Shown here one piece after another: positions 42,559-50,767 of a stretch of DNA of 50,767 nt. The notes below the pieces were generated by a model. The model had not been told where the DNA came from, did not search any database, and saw only the letters and a list, made by a program, of their open reading frames with translations. The DNA lies in assembly GCA_035319625.1 (NCBI GenBank), contig DATHCH010000182.1:1-50767 (forward strand). Direction: 5' to 3'. The translations under genes were made by a program, and so were the position numbers. Each line of letters begins with the position of its first letter. Positions within the stretch are counted from its first letter, which is position 1. Source of the stretch: Thermodesulfobacteriota bacterium (GTDB lineage: Bacteria > Desulfobacterota > BSN033 > UBA1163).

Positions 42559-43467
42559 ATGAAAATTGGGTGCTGGGTCTGTTTTCTTTCAGCGCTATGT
42601 CTCCTCATGGTTCCCAGTCCATGCGCAGCATCCTCTTCCACTGAGGCTTCTGATTCAATATCGCCCTCCGACGAAGCCAATCCTACGGCAATCGCCGTGG
42701 GATCCCCCGAACCTTTAAGTGAAGAGGAGTCATTAGAATCTTTTGACTCGACGGAGCCTTCCTTTTCCAATGGCCAGGAAGATGAGCCGGTTCAGACATC
42801 CGATACGGATATAACTTCCGAGTCTTCCAAACTCGGAGAACCTGAGGGAACCATCGCTGATCCGCTGGAACCCGTGAATCGCGCCTTTTTCTACTTTAAT
42901 GACAAACTCTATTTCTGGATTTTTAAACCCGTTGCGACCGGATACAAGGCGGTCATCCCCGAGGACGGAAGAATTGGGATCCGTAACTTTTTCTCTAATG
43001 TCAACACCCCTGTCCGTCTGGTCAACTGCCTGCTCCAGGCCAAATTTAAGGGTGCCGGCAATGAAACGGTTCGTTTTGTTTTGAATACGACTATCGGGAT
43101 AGCCGGTTTTTTTGACCCCGCTAAGAAAACATTCAAAATTGAAAAACAGGAAGCGGATTTCGGCCAAACCCTGGGAATCTGGGGAATTGGACCGGCTTTC
43201 TACATCGATTGGCCCATCCTGGGCCCATCGAATGTCCGAGACACTGTGGGCTATGTCGGAGATCTTTTCTTCGATCCTCAAACCTATCTGGCCTACTATT
43301 TTTTGGTCGCCGAGATCGTTAACTCAGGGACATGGGTCTTGGATAAGGTGAACGAAACCTCTCTGACGCTTGGCGAATACGAGAATTTAAAAAAGGCTGC
43401 CCTCGATCCCTATATTGCTTTAAGAGAGGCTTACCAGCAATACCGGCAGAACAAGATAAGAAAATGA
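42559..43467 (+). CDS. mlaA: Outer-membrane lipoprotein MlaA/VacJ with long acidic Ser-rich linker
   Basis: The VacJ core is DPLEPVNRAFFYFNDKLY...NTTIGIAGFFDPA. A Cys-containing signal region precedes a linker of about 75 aa that is rich in Ser, Glu and Asp. Confidence 0.85.
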   Translation: MKIGCWVCFLSALCLLMVPSPCAASSSTEASDSISPSDEANPTAIAVGSPEPLSEEESLESFDSTEPSFSNGQEDEPVQTSDTDITSESSKLGEPEGTIADPLEPVNRAFFYFNDKLYFWIFKPVATGYKAVIPEDGRIGIRNFFSNVNTPVRLVNCLLQAKFKGAGNETVRFVLNTTIGIAGFFDPAKKTFKIEKQEADFGQTLGIWGIGPAFYIDWPILGPSNVRDTVGYVGDLFFDPQTYLAYYFLVAEIVNSGTWVLDKVNETSLTLGEYENLKKAALDPYIALREAYQQYRQNKIRK

Positions 43468-43605
43468 AGAGACAGGCCGAAACGTCCTTGATTCACCTGA
43501 CTCAGAATCTCCAAAACACCTAAAAGGGGGCTTTGTTTCGGTTCGACGCCCCTTGACCTTCGGCGGATCATTTACATTCTTTAGAGGCCCGGGCCGTCTC
43601 TGGCG

Positions 43606-44607
43606 CTAACGATGCGGGCGGAGATACCCGTTCTCTCGGAACCAATCCACTGCGTCGCGCAAGGCTTCCTCAACAGGCCGCGGATTAAATCCCAAAAAAC
43701 GCTTTGCCTTTTCTACGGAAAAGAACATCTTTTCCCTTGCCAGTCGCACTCCAGTGAGTGGGACGCGCGGCTCTCTCCTGCTCACAACCCGGGCCCAAGC
43801 CTCCGACATACATGCAATTGGAAAGACGAGGGGATGGGGTAAACAGATTTTGGGAGGATTCTGGCCGGTAAGCGTTCCGACGGCACAGAAAATCTCTTTC
43901 AGTGTCATGTTGCACGCTCCTAAGATGTATCGATTCCCCACTTTGCCACGCTCCAAAGCAAGGAGATGACCGATCGCCACATCATCCACATGGACCAGGT
44001 TAAGACCTGTATCCACATAGGCGGGCATACGGCCAGATGCTGCATCGACAATGATCCGGCCGGTGGGTGTAGGCTTGATATCCCGAGGACCGACAGGGGT
44101 TGAGGGGTTGACAATGATGACGGGAAGACCCTGTTCATCGGCGAGGCGCTTCAGCTCTGCTTCAGCCATGAACTTCGAGCGCTTGTAATGACCAATCATA
44201 TCTTTGAGCGATACAGGCGTGTCTTCATCCGCAGGGCTTCCGTTCAGGGTGAACCCAAGAGTCGCCACGCTGCTCGTATAAACAACGCGCTTGATCCCGG
44301 CATCCATGGCAGCGTGCATGACCTTGCGCGTACCGATCACATTGGTCTCATACATTTCGTCGGGCTTGGGGAGCCACAACCGATAGTCGGCCGCTGCATG
44401 AAACAGCGTGGAACAGCCTGCCATCGCACGGTCGAGTGACTGGCGATCAGTGATATCGCCGTAAACGATCTCGACCGGTAAACCGGTGAGGTTACGGCAA
44501 TCACTTTTTGGTCTGACGAGAGCCCGGACGTTGTGACCGGCGGCAAGGAGTTTCCGTAACACCGCAGATCCGACGAAGCCAGTGGCGCCAGTGATCAAAG
44601 TCCTCAT
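43606..44607 (-). CDS. hpnA: Hopanoid-associated NAD-dependent sugar epimerase/dehydratase HpnA
   Basis: It has the Rossmann motif ITGATGFVGS and an SDR YxxxK (YKRSK), and lies in an hpn/shc neighbourhood. Confidence 0.75.
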   Translation of the reverse strand: MRTLITGATGFVGSAVLRKLLAAGHNVRALVRPKSDCRNLTGLPVEIVYGDITDRQSLDRAMAGCSTLFHAAADYRLWLPKPDEMYETNVIGTRKVMHAAMDAGIKRVVYTSSVATLGFTLNGSPADEDTPVSLKDMIGHYKRSKFMAEAELKRLADEQGLPVIIVNPSTPVGPRDIKPTPTGRIIVDAASGRMPAYVDTGLNLVHVDDVAIGHLLALERGKVGNRYILGACNMTLKEIFCAVGTLTGQNPPKICLPHPLVFPIACMSEAWARVVSRREPRVPLTGVRLAREKMFFSVEKAKRFLGFNPRPVEEALRDAVDWFRENGYLRPHR

Positions 44608-44749
44608 CGTTTTCCTCCAAGGAGATGTTCACCCTTGACTGTCTTGGTGCATGCACTGCGAATCCTATAGATAGATCACATTCCTTGCAACGTCGCTCAA
44701 CGTAGACGGTGAATCAACCGGTTGGCCGAAATACCTATCCTGCGATTAC

Positions 44750-45463
44750 CTATTGTGGGAGGAGCAAATTGGTTCCAGCCAACCGCGCTACCTTCGCCAG
44801 AGTGACCTGCGCAGCGCGGAAATTCCAGGCGAGGCGGATCATGGCAAACAGTTCGAAGGGCCGCCTTATCAATTCCTTTAAGAGACGAAGCAGGTTTAAC
44901 TCTCCAAACTCATCGGTCGCTCCCACTGAACTTTGAGGAATGGCCATATCGGCTGAATCGGCAATGGCGCGAATGGCCACAAAGGGCGCATCCGCCTCCT
45001 GAGCCACCCTGGCCACAGCTCCACTCTCCATATCCACGGCCATCGCGCCGGTGCGCTCAAACAAAACTCTCTTTTCCGCTGAGCTTCTTAACACCGTGCC
45101 ACTTTCGGCTAAGGAGCCTTGGTGAAGATCAACACAACCCTTCAATCGATTGAGCAGACATCCATGCCAGGTTGGGTCGGGAGAATAGGAACACTGGTCA
45201 GCGCCAATCACCGAGCTTGGGAGAAACAGGCTGCCGGGAGAAAGAGTGGGGACGAGCGCCCCGGCGCATCCCCAGCTAAGGAGGGCCGTTGCCCCGTGTC
45301 CCAGCAAATTCTTGGCAGCTTCTCCCGCCCTCCGTGGACCAATACCGGAGAGCTTAACCAGTATTCCTTCCGCAAGGTGAGTCAATCCCTTTGTGACGGT
45401 AGGTTCTCTTACCAGGCTCCGAGCTTCAGCCGTCATCGCTACGACAATACCTAAACGTCTCAA
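44750..45463 (-). CDS. hpnG: Hopanoid-associated nucleoside phosphorylase-family protein HpnG
   Basis: It has a PNP/MTAN-fold (LGIVVAMTAEA, AVDMESGAVA). Its TTG start overlaps the shc stop (GTTTGA at 45460-45465). Confidence 0.75.
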   Translation of the reverse strand: MRRLGIVVAMTAEARSLVREPTVTKGLTHLAEGILVKLSGIGPRRAGEAAKNLLGHGATALLSWGCAGALVPTLSPGSLFLPSSVIGADQCSYSPDPTWHGCLLNRLKGCVDLHQGSLAESGTVLRSSAEKRVLFERTGAMAVDMESGAVARVAQEADAPFVAIRAIADSADMAIPQSSVGATDEFGELNLLRLLKELIRRPFELFAMIRLAWNFRAAQVTLAKVARLAGTNLLLPQ

Positions 45464-47388
45464 ACTGATTTCCTACTTCGCAGGTTGCGATAGCGTGCCA
45501 AGGCCCACAGAGGGAAGTGTTTCGCGTACCCGTGGTACCTCAGATAGAAGACCCGCGGAAAACCAGGCGCGTTGAACCACTGATCCTTCCACAAGCCATC
45601 CGCCTGTTGTGTACGTATCAAATACTCAGCTCCTCTGCGCACCTCGGGTGAATTCACTTCGCCAGCAGCCATGAGACCGAGCATCGCCCACGCCGTGTGG
45701 AAGGGCGTGCTGGCGTAACCCTGTCCCGCCCGCTCTGGGTGAAAATAGGTGTTACAGTCCTCACCCCAGCCGCCATCACGCCGCTGCGCACTTTTCATCC
45801 AAGTGACAGCATGACGAATGTGTGCCTGATCTGGTCGATGGCCTGCCTTTTCAAGAGCGACGAGCACGGACCATGTCCCGTAGATATAATTGGATCCCCA
45901 GCGGCCAAACCAGGAACCGTTTTGCTCCTGTTCCTTCCGCAGATAATCAAGGCATGCCATTAGCTCATGGTCACAATGGCCGACTTCGGCCAGCGCGGTT
46001 GCACACCGAGCGCTGACATCGCTGGTCGGAGGATCGAGGAGAGCTTGGTGGTCCGCAAACGGGATTTCATTGAGATAGTAATAGGTATTATCGGCATCAT
46101 ACGCAGCAAACCCTCCGTTTCTTGACTGCATGCCGCATATCCAATCGATGGCACGCTGGATCGATTCGCGGTAGCGTTTCGGGTCAGTCAGAGCCATTGC
46201 CCAGGCGACCACGGAGGTATCGTCGAGATCCGGATAGTAGGAATTATTAAACTGGAAAGCCCACCCACCGCCCTTAAGACCGGGATGGTTCTCGCGCCAA
46301 TCCCCCGGCCCATCAAGCAATTGTCGGTCTTTGAGCCAGTCCAAACCAAGCAGGATATTTTCTGCGGAAATACTACTGGCTTCTTCCTGTAGGGCCAGAC
46401 AAGAAAGGGCAGTATCCCACACAGGGGATACGCAGGGTTGACAATAGGCTGCCTCGCCACCGACGACAACGAGGTTCTTTAACGCCCCCTTGGTAGTCGC
46501 TCGGTATGGGTGATTAGATGGATATCCCAGGCAAGCCAGGGCCTCATGGGCATTGACCATAGCCGGAAAGATCCCCCCAAGACCATCCATCCCGTTCAGT
46601 CGTTCGATGAACCACTCTTCCGCTTTCTTCACTGCTATCCGCCGAATTTTCGTCGGGATAAAAGGTTCAAAGAAATGTCCTATCTTGTCGAGGAGCAGGA
46701 AGACACGGTTAAGACGGGAGCGGACGGGAAAATAGTGCTTCTCTCTCTCGGGAGGGACAGTAAACAACTCTCGAATGTTGATCCCCTTCGGATTTTTAGC
46801 CTTCCCCTTTAAGCTGCACAAAATAGACAATGGAATAGCTACGGTTCGCGACCAGTAAGAGACCTTGCTGATGTGAAAAGGAAACCATCGAGGCAACAGC
46901 ATGATTTCAACAGGTACGAAAGGGACACCTCGCCAGGGAATTTGGCCAAAAAGTACAAGGGTGATACGAGTAAACACGTTTGATCGGGCTGCACCACCAT
47001 GGGCCAAGATGGCCTCGCGCGCCTTCACCATGTGGGGCGCATCAGGACTATCCCCGGCCAATTTTAAAGCGTAGTAAGTTTTTACAGAACAGCTCATGTC
47101 AAACTGACCGCCATAAAATAGCGGCCAGCCCCCGTGATCACCCTGGTGTCTACGGAGGTAGACGGCTATTTTGGCCTGAAGATCCTCTTCGATCTCATCC
47201 ATATAATGCATCATCAAGATGTATTCAGCGGGAATCGTGCAGTCCGCCTCCAGCTCAAAGCACCAATAGCCATCCGGATGCTGAAAAGCGAGCAGGGCTT
47301 CGCGGGCGTGTAAAATGGCCTGCTCAAGCTTCTCCCTAAAAAAAGATTCTGCCAAATAGGTCGCTTCTTCTTTTTTCTTATAATTCAT
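45460..47388 (-). CDS. shc: Squalene-hopene cyclase
   Basis: It is 642 aa with the catalytic DxDD motif (YYPDLDDTSVV) and multiple QW-type repeats (for example QNGSWFGRWG and RDGGWGE). Confidence 0.93.
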   Translation of the reverse strand: MNYKKKEEATYLAESFFREKLEQAILHAREALLAFQHPDGYWCFELEADCTIPAEYILMMHYMDEIEEDLQAKIAVYLRRHQGDHGGWPLFYGGQFDMSCSVKTYYALKLAGDSPDAPHMVKAREAILAHGGAARSNVFTRITLVLFGQIPWRGVPFVPVEIMLLPRWFPFHISKVSYWSRTVAIPLSILCSLKGKAKNPKGINIRELFTVPPEREKHYFPVRSRLNRVFLLLDKIGHFFEPFIPTKIRRIAVKKAEEWFIERLNGMDGLGGIFPAMVNAHEALACLGYPSNHPYRATTKGALKNLVVVGGEAAYCQPCVSPVWDTALSCLALQEEASSISAENILLGLDWLKDRQLLDGPGDWRENHPGLKGGGWAFQFNNSYYPDLDDTSVVAWAMALTDPKRYRESIQRAIDWICGMQSRNGGFAAYDADNTYYYLNEIPFADHQALLDPPTSDVSARCATALAEVGHCDHELMACLDYLRKEQEQNGSWFGRWGSNYIYGTWSVLVALEKAGHRPDQAHIRHAVTWMKSAQRRDGGWGEDCNTYFHPERAGQGYASTPFHTAWAMLGLMAAGEVNSPEVRRGAEYLIRTQQADGLWKDQWFNAPGFPRVFYLRYHGYAKHFPLWALARYRNLRSRKSV

Positions 47389-47666
47389 TTGGGGGGTTAT
47401 AAGCTCGACGTCTCGGAATTGACCTTAAGATAAATTAGCATGCCACCAGCCACAATGCAACTCAAAAATGATGAAGGCGAAACCTTGGGTAATATCTGAA
47501 CGACCCTTCCGACCAACAGCACGATAGAATTCTAATCCTCTGATCGTTTTTTTGCACCGGACACCCTTTCAGAAACCGGCCCGGTCAGGGCTTCTCTTGT
47601 TTTTTATGGCGTATTTTCTTATGATAAAAACTCTTAGATCAAATTGATTTCTTTGAACCCCTTTCG

Positions 47667-50321
47667 ATGATCAAACGGGCGCGAACTTATTCAACACATC
47701 TCTTTGAAAAGTGGGCGGATTTCGTCGGACATCACCCTTCCATTATCCTCTTTGTCTCCCTCCTCGTGACCGCCGGTGTGGTGATCTATACGGTGAACCA
47801 TTTTCGGATTGATACGGAGCTGACGGATATGATTTCCGACAAGCTTCCCTATCGCAGGCTGGAGAAGGAGTTTCAAAACGCCTTTCCGCAATTCAATGAC
47901 ACCATCGTGATCGTCATCGACGCCGATACCCCTGAGACCGCCCGCCTTCAGAGAGAAAAATTGACCGAACGCTTAAAGAAGCAGACAGGCTTATTCAAGG
48001 GGGTTTATGCCCCAGGAAGTGGAGAATTCTTTGAGAGAAATGGTCTCCTCTATCTGAGCGTCAAGGACCTTGAAGCGCTTTCTGAAAACCTCGCAACGGC
48101 ACAGCCTCTGCTCGGACTGATTTCAAAGGACCTAACCCTCCGCGGTCTCTTCTCGGTTCTCGAAAGGATTGTGAGCCAAGAAGGAGATATGGGGCAGAGG
48201 ACAAAGCTCGTCCCCTTCTTTGACCGCCTGGCTCAAACCGTTGAAAGTTCAACTTCAAACCGGCCGAGACCACTTTCCTGGCAGGAACTCATTCTGGGGA
48301 AAGAGGCGGCGGAAGAGGCAAGCCGTCAGTTTATTATCCTTGATCCTGTTCTCGATTACGCGACGCTTTCCGCAGGCGAGTCTGCCATCGAAGCCATTTA
48401 TCGTATGCGGGACGAACTCGGTCTTCGTAAAACCAACGGGGTGACGGTCCGGATGACCGGGGACGTTGTCCTCAATTATGAAAACCTGGCCGTGGTGAGC
48501 AGGGGAATGGGGTTGACGACTCTGATATCCTTCCTCCTCGTGGCCATCGCCCTGGTGATCGGCCTGGGCTCTGGCAGGCTTGTCTTCGCCAGCCTGGTCA
48601 CCCTTCTCATGGGTTTCATTTGGACCCTGGGGTTTGCCATTGCCTTTGTGGGCCGTCTTAACATCATTTCCGTGGCCTTCGGAGTGCTTTTCATAGGCCT
48701 TGGCATTGATTACGGCATCCAATACTGTCTCCGGTACCGGGAACTCATCGCATCGGGTCTCGGACACCACGAGGCGATTGTCGGAACGGCAAAGGGGTTG
48801 GGCATTAGCCTGCGGCTCTGTACCGTAGCTGCAGCCATCGGCTTTTATTCCTTTCTGCCGACCCCTTATACCGGTGTTTCAGAGCTGGGGCTGATCGCCG
48901 GTACAGGAATGTTCATCAACCTCTTTACCACCTTGACCGTACTCCCTGCACTCCTCACCCTGCGGCCGCTTAAGAAGGTAGGCATAAAAGGGCGCACTGC
49001 CAACAGGCCCCTTTACCGGGCGCCTTACAAATATGCGAAAGCAATCGTTCTCTGCGGGATTGTGATTGGGATAGGAGCTGTCTTCCTCGTACCGAAACTC
49101 TATTTTGACTACAATCCCCTCAGTCTCTATGACCCGCATAGCGAGGCAGTCTTGACGATTAAGGAGCTTTTCAAGAATGAAATGACCTGCCCGTGGACCA
49201 TCTCCATCCTCGCAAAAAATGCCAAAGAAGCAGAGGAGATGGCTGCGAGGCTGAAAGGTCTTAAAGAAGTCAAGGAGGCAATCACCATTGCCAGCTTCGT
49301 TCCTGAAGATCAGTCCAGCAAGCTGGCGATCCTCTCCGACATTGCCCTTTTCATGCCGCCGGGACAGGAAACGATGAAACCCCAAAAGTTGAGTTACGAA
49401 AAGAACCTTGCGTCTTTGGAAAGCTTGGAAGCCTCCCTAAAGAAGGTCCTCTCCACAGCTCCGAAAGAGAACGGCGACTACGCCACCTCTCTCACCCGCC
49501 TCCATCGTTCCCTGGAAGGGTTTAAGAGAACGCTTCAGCATCCGAAAAAATGCAAGGACGCATTTGATAAGCTTGAGCAGATGGTTCTTTCCAATTTGCC
49601 TGCCCTCTTTCATGATCTCGAGACTTCTCTTCAGGCATCTGGTGTGAAAGAATCGGATTTGCCCCGGGAATTACGTTCCCGGTATGTCGCACCGGATGGA
49701 CGTTATCGTGTGGAGGCCTTTCCCAAAGAGAACATCTTGGAGACCGCCTCTTTGAAAAGGTTCGTTAAAGCGGTGAGCGTCCTGGCACCCAATGCAACGG
49801 ATACGCCTGTCACGATACAGGAGGCAGGAAATGCGGTTGTCCGTTCCTTTCTCCTGGCGACCCTATATGCCCTTCTGGCGATCACTCTCTACATGTTGAT
49901 CGAACTTCGAAGCATCTCAGACACCCTCCTCGTCCTTTTGCCTCTCACACTCTCGCTGCTGATGACAGGGGCGAGCTCCGTCATCCTGGATATCCCGTTC
50001 AATTTTGCAAACGTCATCGTGATCCCCCTTCTTCTGGGCAGCGGTGTGGAGGGAATCTATCTTATCCACCGTTTCCGGACGGACCCACCCCCGAGGGGCA
50101 ACATGCTGGAAACGAGCACGGCGAGGGCTCTCTTTTTCAGCACCCTGACAACCATCCTGAGTTTCAGCGCACTCTCTTTTTCCTCCCACCGCGGCATGGC
50201 CAGTATGGGAAAGCTCCTCACCATCTGCATCGGTTCCCTGATGATCACCACGCTCGTCTTTCTCCCTGCCTTGCTGAAATTTGTGAAAACCGCGGGAAGA
50301 AATTCGAGCCTCAGGGATTAG
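47667..50321 (+). CDS. hpnN: Hopanoid-associated RND/MMPL-type transporter HpnN
   Basis: It is 884 aa with two 6-TM bundles, each preceded by a large soluble loop. The GIDYGIQY segment and the position divergent from shc fit HpnN. Confidence 0.8.
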   Translation: MIKRARTYSTHLFEKWADFVGHHPSIILFVSLLVTAGVVIYTVNHFRIDTELTDMISDKLPYRRLEKEFQNAFPQFNDTIVIVIDADTPETARLQREKLTERLKKQTGLFKGVYAPGSGEFFERNGLLYLSVKDLEALSENLATAQPLLGLISKDLTLRGLFSVLERIVSQEGDMGQRTKLVPFFDRLAQTVESSTSNRPRPLSWQELILGKEAAEEASRQFIILDPVLDYATLSAGESAIEAIYRMRDELGLRKTNGVTVRMTGDVVLNYENLAVVSRGMGLTTLISFLLVAIALVIGLGSGRLVFASLVTLLMGFIWTLGFAIAFVGRLNIISVAFGVLFIGLGIDYGIQYCLRYRELIASGLGHHEAIVGTAKGLGISLRLCTVAAAIGFYSFLPTPYTGVSELGLIAGTGMFINLFTTLTVLPALLTLRPLKKVGIKGRTANRPLYRAPYKYAKAIVLCGIVIGIGAVFLVPKLYFDYNPLSLYDPHSEAVLTIKELFKNEMTCPWTISILAKNAKEAEEMAARLKGLKEVKEAITIASFVPEDQSSKLAILSDIALFMPPGQETMKPQKLSYEKNLASLESLEASLKKVLSTAPKENGDYATSLTRLHRSLEGFKRTLQHPKKCKDAFDKLEQMVLSNLPALFHDLETSLQASGVKESDLPRELRSRYVAPDGRYRVEAFPKENILETASLKRFVKAVSVLAPNATDTPVTIQEAGNAVVRSFLLATLYALLAITLYMLIELRSISDTLLVLLPLTLSLLMTGASSVILDIPFNFANVIVIPLLLGSGVEGIYLIHRFRTDPPPRGNMLETSTARALFFSTLTTILSFSALSFSSHRGMASMGKLLTICIGSLMITTLVFLPALLKFVKTAGRNSSLRD

Positions 50322-50407
50322 GATTCCTTGAGCGTGAATGGCTTTCCGCCCAAATCGAAGTTGCAGGTAATTGCAAATTGCACAGAAAAAGAATAAGATT
50401 GGTTCGG

Positions 50408-50434
50408 CCGCTTCGCCTTAGGAAGCGGATTTCC
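50408..50434 (+). terminator. Hairpin after hpnN (weak terminator or intercistronic stem)
   Basis: CCGCTTC (50408-50414) pairs with GAAGCGG (50422-50428) and is followed by ATTTCC. The U-tract is short. Confidence 0.3.
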
Positions 50435-50466
50435 TGCTCCCACGGACGCAGGGACAAGGGCTATTT

Positions 50467-50767
50467 GTGCAACTCTTCGGCTCTCCTTTCCAATGGATCT
50501 GTTTGGTTCCCATCCTCGGTGGCTCCGTATACGCCATTCTATGTCTGCTTGCTCTTCTTCGGTTTCGTACACAACCTCCCTCCCCTTTTTCCGAGTGGCC
50601 GCCTGTGACCATCCTGAAGCCCTTGTGCGGTCTTGAAAAAAACCAGCGAATCAGCTTGCGAAGTGCTTGCCTGCAGGATTACCCCAAGTACCAGGTCATT
50701 TTTTCAGTCCAAGACCCAGACGATCCGGTCATGCCGCTGCTCAAAGAAATCCAGCAGGAATTTGGTC
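50467..50767 (+). CDS. hpnI: Hopanoid-associated glycosyltransferase HpnI (5' part; runs off the window)
   Basis: I translated an open frame (not in the ORF track) from GTG 50467: ...ILGGSVYAILCLLALLRFRTQPPSPFSEWPPVTILKPLCGLEKNQRISLRSACLQDYPKYQVIFSVQDPDDPVMPLL. PVTILKPLCG and QDYP are typical of the HpnI/ceramide-glucosyltransferase-like GT family. An alternative start is TTG 50503. Confidence 0.7.
   Translation, partial: MQLFGSPFQWICLVPILGGSVYAILCLLALLRFRTQPPSPFSEWPPVTILKPLCGLEKNQRISLRSACLQDYPKYQVIFSVQDPDDPVMPLLKEIQQEFG

Noticed and set aside
42733-43281. A 182-aa minus-strand ORF inside mlaA, with similar antisense ORFs in hpnN (48255-48770, 48879-49385) and cstA (21876-22473)
   Set aside because: All are antisense or out of frame within genes that have clear family signatures, so they are shadow ORFs.

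Overview
This is a 50,767-bp chromosomal segment from a diderm bacterium (Mla system, VacJ/MlaA, hopanoid genes), probably an anaerobe; I cannot place it taxonomically from sequence alone. I can support about 47 protein-coding genes, one frameshifted gene and one tRNA. From left to right the window holds: pyrR and a DD-carboxypeptidase; two 2-hydroxyacyl-CoA-dehydratase/benzoyl-CoA-reductase-type subunits; a secreted glycosidase; a frameshifted nitroreductase; an APH-like kinase plus a separate P-loop kinase; a HAL2-type bisphosphate nucleotidase; the conserved gap-pgk-tpiA-secG-tRNA-Leu(GAG) operon; a TPR protein and an FmdB zinc ribbon; two radical-SAM genes; a same-strand block of CstA, two small proteins and two divergent ArsA/Get3-type ATPases; SugE/Gdx; an M29-like aminopeptidase; an intact nitroreductase; a PAP2 phosphatase; an orphan ADP-forming acyl-CoA synthetase alpha subunit followed by a 4-hydroxybenzoyl-CoA-reductase-like gamma-alpha-beta molybdoenzyme; a SpoIID-AmpG-MurU-AmgK cell-wall recycling block; a low-GC islet with a PilZ gene; mlaEFDC-mlaA; and the hopanoid genes hpnA-hpnG-shc / hpnN-hpnI (partial). 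I saw no CRISPR array, rRNA, transposase or integrase. The most unusual content is non-coding. (1) One sigma70-type promoter with a conserved leader occurs three times, in front of unrelated operons. (2) A 122-nt GC-rich multi-helix element lies between the two ArsA-like genes. (3) A two-hairpin motif occurs twice, with compensatory base changes between the copies. (4) Nearly every spacer longer than about 100 nt carries a long inverted repeat built from short sequence words, and at least three word families are present. All calls rest on reading the translations and the sequence by eye. No database search was run, so family assignments come from remembered motifs.
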